Positions 1 to 12,960 of a stretch of DNA of 64,000 nucleotides are shown in pieces. The number at the start of each line of letters is the position of its first letter. Position 1 is the stretch's first letter. The DNA comes from Octopus vulgaris (lineage: Eukaryota): NCBI GenBank assembly GCA_951406725.2, contig OX597835.1, forward strand, positions 23,746,001 through 23,810,000, written 5' to 3'. Under the pieces are notes generated by a model, which worked only from the letters and a program-made list of their open reading frames with translations, did no database searches and was not told the origin of the DNA. Position numbers and translations under genes: made by a program.

Positions 1-3000
1 TTACAATTTTATTTATATATTTGCGTGTCTATGTGTGTAAAGAGGAAGTGGCAGACTGAAAGAGTCACTCACTACAAAAGGTGAATTACAGTCATTTTAT
101 TCGTTGCACACTGTGTGTGTGCGTGTGGTGTAAAACACATTAAGAAAAGCATTTGACATACACACCAGAATGTGAGTTTTCTGTAAATTTTGCTTAATTG
201 GAGTTTAAATTTTAAAAAGTGGACCTGGCAAAACCCGATGCATTCTACTCTTAAAAATGCTAAGTAAATTGTAATTGAAGAAATCCTATATTGTAGATTT
301 CTATAACTGACAAAGGGAGGCAGATAAAATCTGCCTTTTATAATAAGAGATTCACAAGATTGTGGTTTTGATTTCCAAACATTTGGTGTGGTGTGTTCCT
401 GATCAAAACTCTTCATTTCACATTGCTCCAGTCCACTTGTCTGCAAACGGGTCACCCTGTGATGGACTGACATTCTGTTCTGAGGGATTGTTGGCCTGAA
501 AGCTTGATAAGTAGGGTGGCATTGTTCAAAAGCTACATTAATGTGAGCAATCGCATTGTGACCAGTGGTGTATAACATAATCTGATAATCTGTTTGATGT
601 AGTGAAACGGTGATATTCACAAATTGATTATTGATCATTGGTAGCAATTTTTTGTGGTGTATATAGTTTTGTTGAACTGTAGCAATGTGGTAAGAAGTTT
701 TCTTCCCTACCATATAGTTCCAGGTTCAATTCCACAACATGGCACTTTGGGCAAGTGTCTTTTGTATAATTCAGGGTTGACTAAAGCCTTGTGAATGGGT
801 TTGGTAGATGGAAACTAAAAGAAGCCTCCGTGTGTATGTGTGTTCCTGTCTTGACATTGCATTGTAGCTGTAAATGAATGTCACTGTCATACAAGCAGTG
901 TCATTCATTTCCAATATCATGCAGAAGCATGTCTGGCCATGGGGAAAATATTACCTTGCTTGGAAGTGTTTCAGGGTTAGCAACAGGAAGGGCATCCAGC
1001 TGTAGAAAATCTGCTTCTATATACACTCTCTGACCCATGCAAACATGGAATAGAGGACATTAAAATAATGTGAATTTTCAGAAAGCACCTGTTGTCATGG
1101 AATTGTTTCTGTTTTCAGCTCCTTCCGTCTCCTTTCTGGTTATCTCTACTTCCAGATCTTTGCATTTGTCTTTATTTGTTTCAATCATAGGACCGTGGCT
1201 ATGCTGGGGCACCAACTTGAAGGGTTTTAGTTGAACAAATTGACCCCAGTACATACATTTTCAAGTCTGTTACTTATTTTATTGGTCTCTTTTGCTGAAC
1301 TGCCAGGTTACTTGGATGTAAACCAACTAACAACAGCAGTGAGGGACAAACACTAAGTTACACACACAAACACACACAACAGGCTTCCTCACAGTTTCCT
1401 TCTACCAAATTCACTCACAAGGTATTTGTTGGTTCTGAGTCTGTAGCAGAAGGCTCTTGCCCAAAGTGCTATGTAGTGGGACTGAACCTGAAAGGATATG
1501 GTTACAAAGCAAGCTTCTTAACCGCACAGCCATGCCTGCTCCTACATAACCAGAGATACATTGTAATCTATTAGTTTAATCAGGAAATCCTTTGTTTTCC
1601 ACAACAATATCTGGTAAATTTAGTTTTGATTTTTCTGTTTGTGTAGATGTGTGCATCACGTTTTGTTTGTAGCCCTTTATTAATCATTTATACCCTTGCT
1701 GGTATATATTTGCACAAGGCTGCGAGCTGGCAGAATTGTTAGCTGAGCGGTATTTTGTCTGCCGCTACGTTCTGAGTTCAAATTCCGCTGAGGTCGACTT
1801 TGCCTTTCATCCTTTTGGGGTCGATTAAATAAGTACCAGTTACGCACTGGGGTCGATATAATCAACTTAATCCGTTGGTCTGTCCTGTTTGTCCTCTCTG
1901 TGTTTAGCCCCTTGTGGGTAGTAAAGAAACTGGTATATATTTGCACCATATCTTTTCTGTTGCTATTTCATAACACAGGCTGAAAGCCTCCAAATCATGT
2001 TCGTAGTTTCATTTCTCGTTAGCTAAGACTGGACTGCCAGCGATCATCATCATCATACATGTTCCATCCTGGTAGAGGTTTGACAGGATCTGGTGGGCCC
2101 AAGGGCTGCAAAGGTCTGCTTTAGCAAGGATTCTATGAATGAATACTCTTTCTAACTCCAGTCATATTACAGCATGTAATAGGTGCTTTTTTTCTTTTTC
2201 TTCAAGCCATCAGCAGTAATGAGGTCATCATGCAGTTTGCAAGAGGAGCAACTTTATGCTAGGAGATGGAGGGCAAAAGATGGGGGGGAAAAGTATGACT
2301 GAAGGGGCCAATCCTGAACAAGATTCTTGCTATAGAGGAGCCATATGACTACTCATATTCTATTGGAGAAGATGGGAGCGACGGTGGAGTTGGAGATGGA
2401 TGGGGGTGGAGTAAAGTAGGAGATGACTGACAGTGTTAAACAGCAGAATAGTAGCAATGAAAGAGTAGACAGGAGAAGGACAAGAGAAGGATAATGTTGG
2501 ATAAGGAAGAGAGGGGTAGGTGTGGTGTAAGAGGAGAGACAATACGCTTAATTGTTCCTTCCCAAACTCAGACTTCTTTTGTCAGAATAAGACAATCGGG
2601 CACAGTTGTTTGGACACTGATGATCTGGCACAACTGACTGGATGTCCAGGCCTGTTTTTTGGCCACAGCACTTTTTTGTGTTGCTGGAAACAAACACACA
2701 CATATACATGCACATAGAGAAATAAATACATATGGATAGGAAGAGAAAGAGAGAAAGACAGAGAGACAGATTTCAGTTTATGAATGCTTTGTCTCTCTGC
2801 ATACATATAAAGAAGAAAAATGCTTACACAGATAAGCAGAGAGAGTGGTGGGGGAATGAGAAATATAAAAACGTTTAATGTCAAATAAGTCAGCATCGAA
2901 TCATTGATGCCGAATAGGAGGTGCCCAAACACATCACACTCATATTTTCTTGTTACTTGATCTATTCTTTCTCGTTACATGCTTTTGCTAGTTTCTGACG

Positions 3001-3935
3001 TGGAGGCTTTGATCTGGTGCCACAACCACGATTCCTTCGACCTCAACTTTGACTCCTGCCTTCCTCAGTTGGTGTCTATTACCACCCTGTTCATCGTTTT
3101 CTTCTGGTATTGGCCATCTATCCCTCATGCCAACCCCATCCAACCCCGTTTTTATTTAATAACACTATATCATCATCATCATCGTCATCAATTTGCATCC
3201 TTTGTTCAAGCTGGTATGGGTTGGACAGTTTGACCAGGGCTGCTAAACTGAAGGGTTGCACCAGACTCCAGTTTGATTTGGTGTGGTTTCTACGGCTGGA
3301 TGCCCTTCTTTATGCCAACCGCTCTGAGAGTGTAATGGGTGCTTTTTACGTACCAGTTGCGTCACACCAGTGTTTGCCATGATTACAATTTCACTTGGCT
3401 TGATGGGTCTTCTACTTTATCTTTATTTTTAACTTATTTATGCTTTCTGTTTGTGTTTTCCTTTTTTGTTTTCCTCATCACAATTGAACTGTCTGTTATG
3501 ACAGTCTCACTATTTTGTAATTGTTGGTTTCCTTGGAGACAGAAAACAATTTTTTTTGTTTTGTTCAGGTTTCGTGGTTAAGCTATTTTATATAAATTTT
3601 CCATTATTCTTTACTAAATAATTTTGTTGTCATGCAATGGATATTTTATAACATATTATATATGTTTAACTTCCTGCATTTGTAGTAAATACAATCACTT
3701 CTGAATCAACAATTTATTTGGTTATTATTATCTTTATTATTTGAGCAGGATAACGCATAGTTAGCCTATAAACAGATGTTCATTCAAATATTGGTTGCTA
3801 TGACAGTAATGCTACTTAATACATTTAAATGTTGACCAAATATATTAACACACATAAGTATGTAGCAACTCTATCTTTGTCAGAAATAACTGGCTTTGCT
3901 AAGTTAGTGATATATATTAAAATATAACCAGATGC

Positions 3936-4363
3936 GGATCTTTTCGGTTTGAATGGCAGTTTTTCCTAGCAGTGTCATATGAAATTGTCACCCATAATTA
4001 TGACCCTAGTATCGATCTATTGCATTTCAATCTGTTTTAGGGTTAGGGTTAGTTAGAGTTAGGGATGGGGGGAAGGGTATCTTTTTTTCTTCAGAATGTA
4101 AATAAACCCAATCTGTTTCTTAAACAAGAGACATATTCATACGGCACAGAATGTTTTCACCTCAATAGACATCATTGATTGGTTGAAATTGCAGAAATTG
4201 AAGGAAAAAAAAAAAGCAAATAGCTTACAAACTATAGAATTTTCTCAATAAACCCAAGAGAAAAAGATGTTTTATAAACACATTCTACCAGTATACGAAG
4301 TTTAAAAGTGTTTAGTTACGTGGAAATTATTTTAAAAAACTGCCATTCAAACCGAAAAGCTCC
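3936..4363. mobile_element. Non-autonomous DNA transposon (MITE), Merlin-like, with internal TTAGGG repeats
   Basis: TIRs GGATCTTTTCGGTTTGAATGGCAGTTTTT / AAAAACTGCCATTCAAACCGAAAAGCTCC; 8-bp TSD CCAGATGC at 3928-3935 and 4364-4371; GG termini. Confidence 0.8.
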
Positions 4364-4589
4364 CCAGATGCATTGGCACATAGAAGTATATATAGCAGCA
4401 TTGTCATCATCATCAGTTTAATGACAACTTTTCCATATTTGCATGGGTCAGATGGAACCTTATTCAGGCAGATTTTCTACGGCTGGATGTCCTCCCTGTT
4501 GCCAACCCTCTTCTATTTCCTAGTAAGGTAATATTTCCCGAAAATCAAACATGTTTTCACAAGAATTTGGAAATGAAGGACACAGCCTG

Positions 4590-5225
4590 TACAAATACAA
4601 TAAACACATGCGTCATATCTTTCTGCGGCTTTATATAGCTATGGTAAGACCTCACCTGGAATTTGCATCACCGGTCTGGAACCCCTATCTTGCCCAGGAT
4701 ATCAATCATCTGGAAGCCGTTCAGCGACATGCAACCAAAAGAATACCCTCCATCAGGCATTTGCCATATTCTGAACGCCTTACTTCCCTGGGCATGGATA
4801 CATTGAAACTCCAACATCTGGCAGCTGACTTGGCAGACACCCATAAAATTATCAACCATCTTACAAACAATAACCCTGAGCACCTTTTCAAACTCCACCC
4901 GTGGACATATTTACAAAGTCAGAAAACAGCACAGCTCCCGTGACTTTAGGAAACATTTTTTCACGCTGAGAGTTGCTGAAGCATGGAACAAACTGCTGGC
5001 ATCAGTTGTTAGTTGTCGGAGCATTGCATCCTTCAAAACTTCCATGCTTTCTGAGATTCGCCAACACTACACCTGATTTTCTCCCCTCCATACACACACA
5101 AGCATGTATCTGACTCATACACTGTTCGCTTTCCAGACATTTCTACATTACTGCATGTACTTTATACGCACTTTCTGACAAGTTGTGGTGCACCTGAGCA
5201 CTGTATACAATAACTTCATTATTAT
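4590..5225 (+). mobile_element. CR1/L2-type LINE 3' fragment
   Basis: LYIAMVRPHLEFASPVWNPYLAQDINHLEAVQRHATK is typical of the post-RT C-terminus; followed by a 3' UTR and short (ATT) tail. Confidence 0.85.
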
Positions 5226-6579
5226 ATGCTCGTCTGTTTACATTTTGAGAGACATGTTTCATGGACAGCACTTTCGGCAAACACTACTGTATGAATTCAT
5301 ACAGAGGTATGACTTTGGTAAGCCCCAAAAACATTTAGTTAATCGCTAGATCAGTAGTTGCTGCACTTTTTTTGCTATGGAATCCTTCAACATTATTCTT
5401 AAATACGTGGAACCCCAATAACCTTCAGGGAACCCTGGGCTTTTGCAGAACGCACTTTAAGAATCCCTACTTCACACTAACAATTCTACACCATATTAAG
5501 GACATTTACTGCTAACTGCACCTGACTTGCTGCAACTTTTTTCTTTTTTCATTTTATGTGGGGGTAAATTTTAGTATTTAAATCATTAAGTTGCATTTAA
5601 TTAATTAGAAATGAAAATGCACCACTAATATGCTGTGCCATAATACACTTATGATGAGTGTGACTTTAACCATAAATAGGAAAATTATTTGTTTATTTAT
5701 GTGCCCTTTTCAAGCCTAGCCAGGTTCATGGGCCCGGTTTCCCGGTTTCTATGGTGTATGTGTTCCCCCCAGCTGGAACGGGACGCCAGTCCATCGCAGC
5801 GTTACTCAAGAAACAGGAAGAAAGAGTAAGAGAAAGTTGGGTCGAAAGAGTACAACAGGGGTCGCCACCACCCCATGCCGGAGCCTCGTGGAACTTCAGG
5901 TGCTTTCGCTCAATAAACACTCAACGCCCGGTCTGGGAATTGAAACTGCGATCCTCCGACTGCGAGCCCGCTGCCCTAACCACTGGGCCATTGCGCCTCC
6001 AAATATGAAAATAGTGTAAAGTTATTGAAGAGATATGATGTGAAACACTCCGTGTAGGTATTAGCTGTATGTACCGTATTACGGTAGGCAGTGGCTTGCT
6101 GGTACTGGGTAGATATGTTACCAGTGGTAACAGAACAAAATTATGAGATATAAATTGGTTTCACTCAGCTAGTCTGTTAAGTTTGAGGGTTACACATAAA
6201 AGAGAAAGTGTAAATATTTATAAGGGGCTATACATGGCCTGGTTTATGGGTTTTGTTATTGACCAGGATGTGTGTTTTGATGCATGGAATTGGTTATATT
6301 ACTGGAATTCATTGTGTTTTTGCTTTTATTCACTTAAAGATCAGTTGGGTTTCTGCTGCTAGTACAATACTTTGGATTTTAGCTTGAATTTCAGCCCCTC
6401 AAAAGTAGTATCCATGCAATAGTCGACCCCATAAATTTGACCTTAAAAAATGGTCTAAAAAATTCAATTTTTACATGAGTATATATGGCATGTATGAATG
6501 TGCTTATGTATGTGTATATGCATGTGTGTGTGTCTGTGTGTGTATATGTATATATCTGGCATGTATATATATATGTATA

Positions 6580-6617
<38 letters not shown>

Positions 6618-6648
6618 GACAGAGCTGGCAACGGCCACGAGCGGACGG

Positions 6649-6679
<31 letters not shown>

Positions 6680-7163
6680 GTATATGTGGTGTATATATTG
6701 AACTCAGAACATAATGTTATCTGACATTATGTTCTGAGTTCAAATACCACCAAGGTCGGCTTTGCCTTTCATCTTTTTGGAGTTGATAAATTAAGTACCT
6801 GTGAAACATTAGGGGTCAATGTAATTGACTAGTCCCCTCCCTGCAAATTTCAAGTCTTGTGCCTTTAGTAGGAAGGATTGTTATTATTATTATTATCATC
6901 TAAGGCAGTGAGTTAGTAGAATCGTTAGCTCTCCAGGTAAAATACTTTGTGGCATTTTGCCTGTCTTTGCGGTCTGAGTTCAAAATCCACTGCGGTCATC
7001 CTTTCAGGGTTGATAAGTTAATTAATTACTAGTTGAGAATTGGGGTCAATATAATTGAAAGTTTTGAAAACATTATTATTTGGACCCTTTCCCCTAAAAT
7101 GGCTGGCTTTGTGCCAAAATTTGGAACCATTATTGTCATTATTGTTATCATTGTTATTTCCAG

Positions 7164-7265
7164 GCCCAGACAGGTTGGATACAGCATGACTTTGGACATC
7201 TTTCTGTCTTTAAAAGAAGCAAATTTGACCATTTTTGGCACTATTTCACCATGGGATTCATAAAG
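7164..7265 (+). CDS. Fads: Front-end fatty acyl desaturase (Fads, delta-5/6 family) internal exon with His box 1
   Basis: ttccag|GCC...AAG|gtcatt; 102 nt, phase 0/0; translates [34 protein letters not shown] (HDxGH box); same size as vertebrate FADS2 exon 4. Upstream cytochrome b5 (HPGG) exons not found in the window. Confidence 0.95.
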
Positions 7266-7630
7266 GTCATTATTTTACTCATTTTTATTTATTCATGCAC
7301 ATGTTTTTTCCTTTGTTTTTTTTTTTTACTTCTTTATCTTAATTTCCCTTTTTCCCTCCTTTCCATTTTCTTTTCCTTTTTCTTTTCCCCTTTCCTATAT
7401 TTAATTTTCTTTCTTTTCCTCCTCTATCCCTCTCCATTCTTTCAATAAACTATATATATATATTAGCGACTGAGTCAGGATCAATACTAAGAGGTAATTT
7501 TTAACCCTAATCAAACTATGCTGTGGTGGATATCGTGAGAGAAACCTTCATGTTGGCTTTTGGTGCCAAGTGCATTCTTGTTTATATCACTAGTAGGGAA
7601 GATATATCTTTGTCACCTCCAGCACTGAGA

Positions 7631-7677
7631 CCACCAAATCACTTGATTTCGACCTTCCTTGGTCTCGTCAGTGATAG
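7631..7677 (-). ncRNA. Type I hammerhead ribozyme motif (tandem-repeat unit 1)
   Basis: Minus: CUAUCA-CUGACGA-GACC-AAGGAA-GGUC-GAAA-UCA-AG-UGA-UU^UGGUGG. Confidence 0.75.
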
Positions 7678-7988
7678 ATGCTTGACTATTAGAGATAGCA
7701 GCATCTTATCTTCCCTGTTGGTGATATATAGAATAACAGTGCCCGAACAGGCTGGCACTGGTGTCATGGTTAGCCAGTGAGCTTGTTGAAATATATTTAT
7801 TAGCAACAGAGGCAGTAATAATACCAAGAGATAATATTTATCCCCACTCAAACATGTGTGTTCTATTAGAACAAACCATACTGCCATAGATACCACGAGA
7901 GAGACTCTCATATTGGCTTTTGGTGCAAAATGCACTCTCGTTTATATTGCAATGGGGAGATAAATCCCTGCTACCTCCAGCACCAAGA

Positions 7989-8034
7989 CTACCAGATCAC
8001 GTGATTTCGACTTCTTTGGCTTTGTCAATGATGG
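7989..8034 (-). ncRNA. Degenerate hammerhead motif (tandem-repeat unit 2)
   Basis: Minus: CCAUCA-UUGACAA-AGCC-AAAGA-AGUC-GAAA-UCACGUGA-UC^UGGUAG; stem II eroded. Confidence 0.5.
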
Positions 8035-8254
8035 ACACTTGACTGCTAGAGATAGCAGCGATTCATCTCCCTGCCAGTGATATACAAAATAACAGTATCA
8101 GAACAGGCGCTGGTGTTGCAATTAGCCAGTGAGCTTGTTAAAAAATATTTATTAATGACAGAGGCAATAATAATACCAAGAGGTAATATTTATCTGTATA
8201 TAACCGTGGATGTTCTGTTAAACTATAATCTACAGTGACTTTTCTCTATTCCAG

Positions 8255-8314
8255 GGAGCTTCACCTGCCTGGTGGAGCCACATGCATTACCAACACCATG
8301 CAAAACCGAATGTG
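8255..8314 (+). CDS. Fads: Fads exon with His box 2
   Basis: ttccag|GGA...GTG|gtatgt; 60 nt; GASPAWWSHMHYQHHAKPNV (HxxHH box). Confidence 0.95.
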
Positions 8315-8338
8315 GTATGTACCTTACTTTTTATTTGT

Positions 8339-8390
<52 letters not shown>

Positions 8391-8519
8391 CTCCTCCTCC
8401 TGCCACTTTCTTTAAAATAAAATATTTTTACCAGGTAAACAATGACAGTTGCTCCAAACTTTTGACTTGGTAACCATTATTAGGTTATAAAGAAAAACAG
8501 ATTTTTTTTCCAACCATAC

Positions 8520-8907
8520 TCTTTTACTTGTTTCAGTCATTTGACTGCGGCCATGCTGGAGCACCGCCTTTAGTCGAGCAAATCGACCCTGGGACTTATT
8601 CTTTGTAAGCCCAGTATTTATTCTATCGGTCTCTTTTGCTGAACTGCTAAGTGACGGGGATGTAAACACGCCAGCATCGGTTGTCAAGCAATGCTAGGGG
8701 GACGAACATAGACACACAAACACACACACATACATATACATATATACGACAGGCTTCTTTCAGTTTCCGTCTACCAAATCCATTCACAAGGTATTGGTCG
8801 GCCCGGGGCTATAGCAGAAGACACTTGCCCAAGATGCCACGCAATGGGACTGAACCCGGAACCATGTGGTTGGTTAGCAAGCTACTTACCACACAGTCAC
8901 TCCTACG
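8520..8907 (-). mobile_element. tRNA-derived CORE-type SINE family B (representative; also 17420-17808 -, 47571-47946 +, 52661-53210 +)
   Basis: Head GGAGTG(G/A)CTGTGTGGTAAGTAGC...GGTTCAGTCCC, core TTGGGCAAGTGTCTTCT, tail GAAACAAGTAAAAGA. Confidence 0.85.
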
Positions 8908-10331
8908 GCATACCATATTTTCTGGCATACATGTCAGTGTGGCATTTAGTGCAAACATTCAAGCATTACCACCATCTTTCCAAATCCTGCTGGGTTTCAC
9001 ATGGAGTTTTTGGCCCTTCAATGCCTTCTTGGTGTATAAGTCATCCTACCTTTTTTAGCTGTAAATTCTCGTCTGAAAAATATGACTTGTACACTGGAAA
9101 ATGTGGAATGTATATTTTTTGGTTCGTTTTGTTCCAATTGGAACACCTCTGCCACTAATGAATGCCTCAAATAAACCTGAGTAAGCTATGAATACTGTGA
9201 CATCTTCTGATTTTAATAAGACTTTATTTTTTTTTAATATCTTTTACTTGTTTCAGTCGGTGGGCTGTGGCCATACCGGAGCACTGCCTTGAAGGATTTT
9301 AGTTGAACAAATCTGTTCCAGCACTTATTTTGAAGTCTAGTACTTATTCTATCAGTCCCTTTTGCTAAACTGCTAAGTTATGGGGCCCTTAACCAAGCCC
9401 ATATTAGTTGTTAAGTGGTGGTGGTGCACACACACCAATTACAGGCTTCTGCAACGTTTCTGTCTACCAAATTCCCTCACAAGGCATTGGTCTGCTGGGG
9501 GTTATAGTAGTAGATGCTTGCCCTAGGTTCCATGGAGTGGGACTGAACCAGAAACCATATGATTGCTAAACGATCTCCTTAATCATACAGCCAATGCCTG
9601 CACCTATTTTTAAATATTTTTTTTTTAAGAAAAGAAAAAAAAAACATAGCACATGCGCCAAAAAAACCCCAAAAAACCCCCTCAGTCCAACAATTGTTGT
9701 TCAAATTATGTACTTCAGTAGTTTGTTGATGATAAACCCTATTGCCAGTGCTGTCTTAAAGCATGGTCAGGAAGGGTTGCTAGGGGGGTTTTGGGGAGCT
9801 TGTGTGTCTCAGGGCCCCATATTCTGATCTATGTATGCTGTGGCTTGCTGTTAATAAGTAAATGCTGTAGGGCCCAGTCCATTGATTTGCCTGGGGGCCT
9901 CATGGGTATAGGGATCCAGTTCTGATCAATATATGTCCACTCTGTGGGGTGGTTGGTGTTAGGAAGGGTATCCAGCAATAAAAGCCATGCCAGAACAGGC
10001 GCAGAAGTGTGGTGCAGGCTCCTGCCTGGCCAGCTCCTATCAAACCATCCAACACATTCCAGGATGGAAGGAGGATGTCAAATGATGATGATGATGATGA
10101 TGATATGCTGTGACTTACTATCAATAAATAAATACAGCCGGGCCCAGTGGATTGATTTTCCCGAGGACCTATAAATGTTGCTAAAACAGCCCTATCTCTT
10201 GCTTTTCTGTCCCCACTTTTCATCATCATGACACCAGCCCATCACCCCACATTAATTTCAGCCCTATAAATTCTGTTTCATTCTTCTAAAACCTGATAGT
10301 TTATCTCTCTCTCTCTCTCTCTCTCTTTCAG

Positions 10332-10397
10332 CTTGATAAAGATCCTGACATCAGAATTGACAAATACTTTGTCATAGGAGATACGATGTCTTTGGAG
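10332..10397 (+). CDS. Fads: Fads exon
   Basis: (ct)n tttcag|CTT...GAG|gtaagc; 66 nt; LDKDPDIRIDKYFVIGDTMSLE (conserved KDPD). Confidence 0.93.
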
Positions 10398-10733
10398 GTA
10401 AGCATTTAACACCTTGCCTGTTTGTCTGCCTGCCTGAGTCATTGGGGATATGTCGTAAGATGTTTGTATCCATTCTTAGTTTGTCCATGTGAGTATTTGT
10501 GTCTGTGTGTATGTGTGTTTGCATAGATATAGCTGTGTGGTTAAGAAGGGTTGCTTTTGTGTTTTGAATCCGGTCCCATTGACTGTCTTCTATTGTGTAG
10601 CCCTGGGCTAAACAATGCCACTTAAGTGAAATTTGGAAGACAGAAACTGTATGGAAGCCTATGAGTTGTATGTGTATAATATATATTTGTGTGTGTATAT
10701 AATATATAACCTGGTGTAGAACTTCATGTTTGA

Positions 10734-10815
10734 GGCTCTGATGAAGCTCTAAGGTGTTACTCAGGTATTCAACTAGGAGTTCCACCGCATCTTAGAGCAG
10801 AAACAGCTGTAAGCT
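10734..10815 (+). ncRNA. Type I hammerhead ribozyme motif in a Fads intron (sense)
   Basis: GGCU-CUGAUGA-A-GCUCUAAG...CUUAGAGC-A-GAAAC-AGCU-GUA^AGCU. Confidence 0.7.
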
Positions 10816-11093
10816 AATGAAGTACATTAGCTAATTGTTTATTCCTTTGTCATCTCATTATCCTCTGTGTGTGTGTTGTTTCATTCTGTGATTTGCATGA
10901 AAAAGCACTGAGCTACAAATAGCCTACTTGCTCTATACTTTCGAACACTTGTGAAATAAAAGAATTTCTTATGGTATCTGGCTGTGAAGCAGTCCCTTAA
11001 TAAGTGTTCATCTAATCCATGCTGGCATGGAAAAACAGATGTAAAACAAACTTTTGTGCTTGCGCATACGTGCGCACACACACGCACGCACGC

Positions 11094-11151
<58 letters not shown>

Positions 11152-11411
11152 AAATGTGATACGTTTGTCAGTTAGCAGCCTTGATACATGGATGTGTGTG
11201 TGTCTCGGAAAAAGCGAGGTTACTATGTGTATAGTGTGTGTGTGTGTTTATGCGAGAGAGATTGTAGGTATGAGTGTAAAAACATTTATGCCAAAAACAA
11301 AAAAAAATTGAAAATCTGTTGATGACAGTCGTATGACTATGACAATTATGAATTCACAAGAATTTTTCCCATAGACATTGGAAATTATGAAATATCCAAT
11401 TCTGTTGACAG

Positions 11412-11472
11412 GTGGCAAAGAAGAAGAAGAAAAGTATGCCATATAATTTCCAACACAGATATTTCTTTGTCA
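11412..11472 (+). CDS. Fads: Fads exon
   Basis: gacag|GTG...GTCA|gtaagt; 61 nt; VAKKKKKSMPYNFQHRYFFV (PYNxQH motif); phase 0/1. Confidence 0.95.
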
Positions 11473-12572
11473 GTAAGTATTACATATTTTTCACAGGTTT
11501 CATCTCTTTATCTCTTTTCCTTGTTTCAGTCATTGGATGGCAGCCACACTAGGATATTGTTCTGTTGGGTTTAGTTGAACAAATCAATCCCAGTGCTTAT
11601 TTTTGCTCAAGTCTGGTTCTTATTCTGTCTCTTGTGCCCACTAAGTCACAGGGATGTAAATGAACCAAGACTGGTTGTCAAGTAATTAATGGTGGGGGAC
11701 AAGTATACACACACACACATATGTATATATGTATGTATGTATACATGACAAGCTTCTTTCCATCTTCCAAATGCATCCACAAGGCATTGGTCAGCCCTGG
11801 GCTATAGTACAAGACACTTATGCAATATGCCACGCAGTGGGATTGAACCTGAAAGCATGCTGTTGGGGAGCAAATTTCTTACCACACTGCCACTCCTGGC
11901 CAAGTCATTTGATGTTGCTCATCATTAACAATGCCTTCTTGGTATTCAGGCAGAAAATGAAATCTCTTCAAAGCATTTCTTTTTTTTTTGTTTGTTTTGT
12001 TTTAAATCCATGAGGCAAATCTGTAGTTTAAGGAAGTCCATGGCAGGGTGGGAGGAAATGGTGGGGATTAATAGACGTTATTATTAAGAAATTTGGCATC
12101 GTGCCATTGTTAATGAAAGTTATGATTTCCTGAGAATTGGCACAAAATGTAATTTCTTTTCCATGAGCTTAGGGAGGAGCCATTACGAGATCACTCAGCC
12201 TACTAGAAATAGATGTAAATCTCCTCCAAAATACAGTATACCATCTTAAATAAGAAAAGGACACATTAGATTCCACCAAAAACAAAGTGTGTGGTCATGG
12301 GTGGATTACCTTTGATCATAGGCTTGCTTAGTTGACTCGCAGCTAAACTGCATATTCTATTCTTTTATCTTTCACTTGTTTCAATTACTGAACTGTGGCC
12401 ATGCTGGGGCACTGCATTGAATGGTTTTAGCTGAACAAATTGACCCCTTGTGCTTATTTTTAAAGTCTGGTACTTGTTCTATCTTTCTCTATTGCTGAAC
12501 CACTAAGTCAGGGGGGCATAAACTAACCAACATTGGTTGTCAAGTGGTGAGGTGGGACACATGCACACACAC

Positions 12573-12661
<89 letters not shown>

Positions 12662-12663
<2 letters not shown>

Positions 12664-12960
12664 AGGCACAATGGCCCAGTGGTTAGGGCAGCGGACCCGC
12701 GGTTGTAGGATCGCGATTTCGATTCCCAGACCGGGCGTTGTGAGTGTTTATTGAGCGAAAGTACCTAAAGCTCCACTCGGCTCCGGCAGGGGGTGGTGGC
12801 GATCCCTGCTGTACTCTTTCGCCACAACTTTCTCTCTTTCTTCTGTTGGCCTGCTCGCTTAGCCAGCGGGGTGGCGTCATTTGAAGGCTAAAACAATGTG
12901 AAGCACATTGTGACCAGTGATGTGTATCAACATCTGATAGCCTGGTCGGTCACAGTGATA
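12662..12960 (+). mobile_element. tRNA-derived SINE family C (also 5700-6000 -, 46368-46657 -, 51160-51350 -)
   Basis: A box TGGCCCAGTGG, B box TTCGATTCC; this copy is inserted in (TA)n. Confidence 0.8.

Larger units (their letters stand above)
7481..8195. repeat. About two tandem copies of a ~350-bp HHR-bearing repeat
   Basis: AATAC(T/C)AAGAG recurs at ~7482, ~7820 and ~8172; blocks 7535-7850 and 7895-8195 align throughout. Confidence 0.85.

Noticed and set aside
72-713. 213-aa minus-strand ORF, longest non-microsatellite ORF
   Set aside because: Overlaps SINE fragments, has no recognisable domain; chance ORF in the Fads intron
3339-3581. Hydrophobic ORF considered as the missing Fads transmembrane exon 3
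   Set aside because: T-rich low complexity, no similarity to desaturase exon 3 and no phase-compatible splice sites; exons 1-3 are probably upstream of the window
12662-12740. tRNA-like sequence with A and B boxes
   Set aside because: Continues into a SINE body present in several copies; not a tRNA gene
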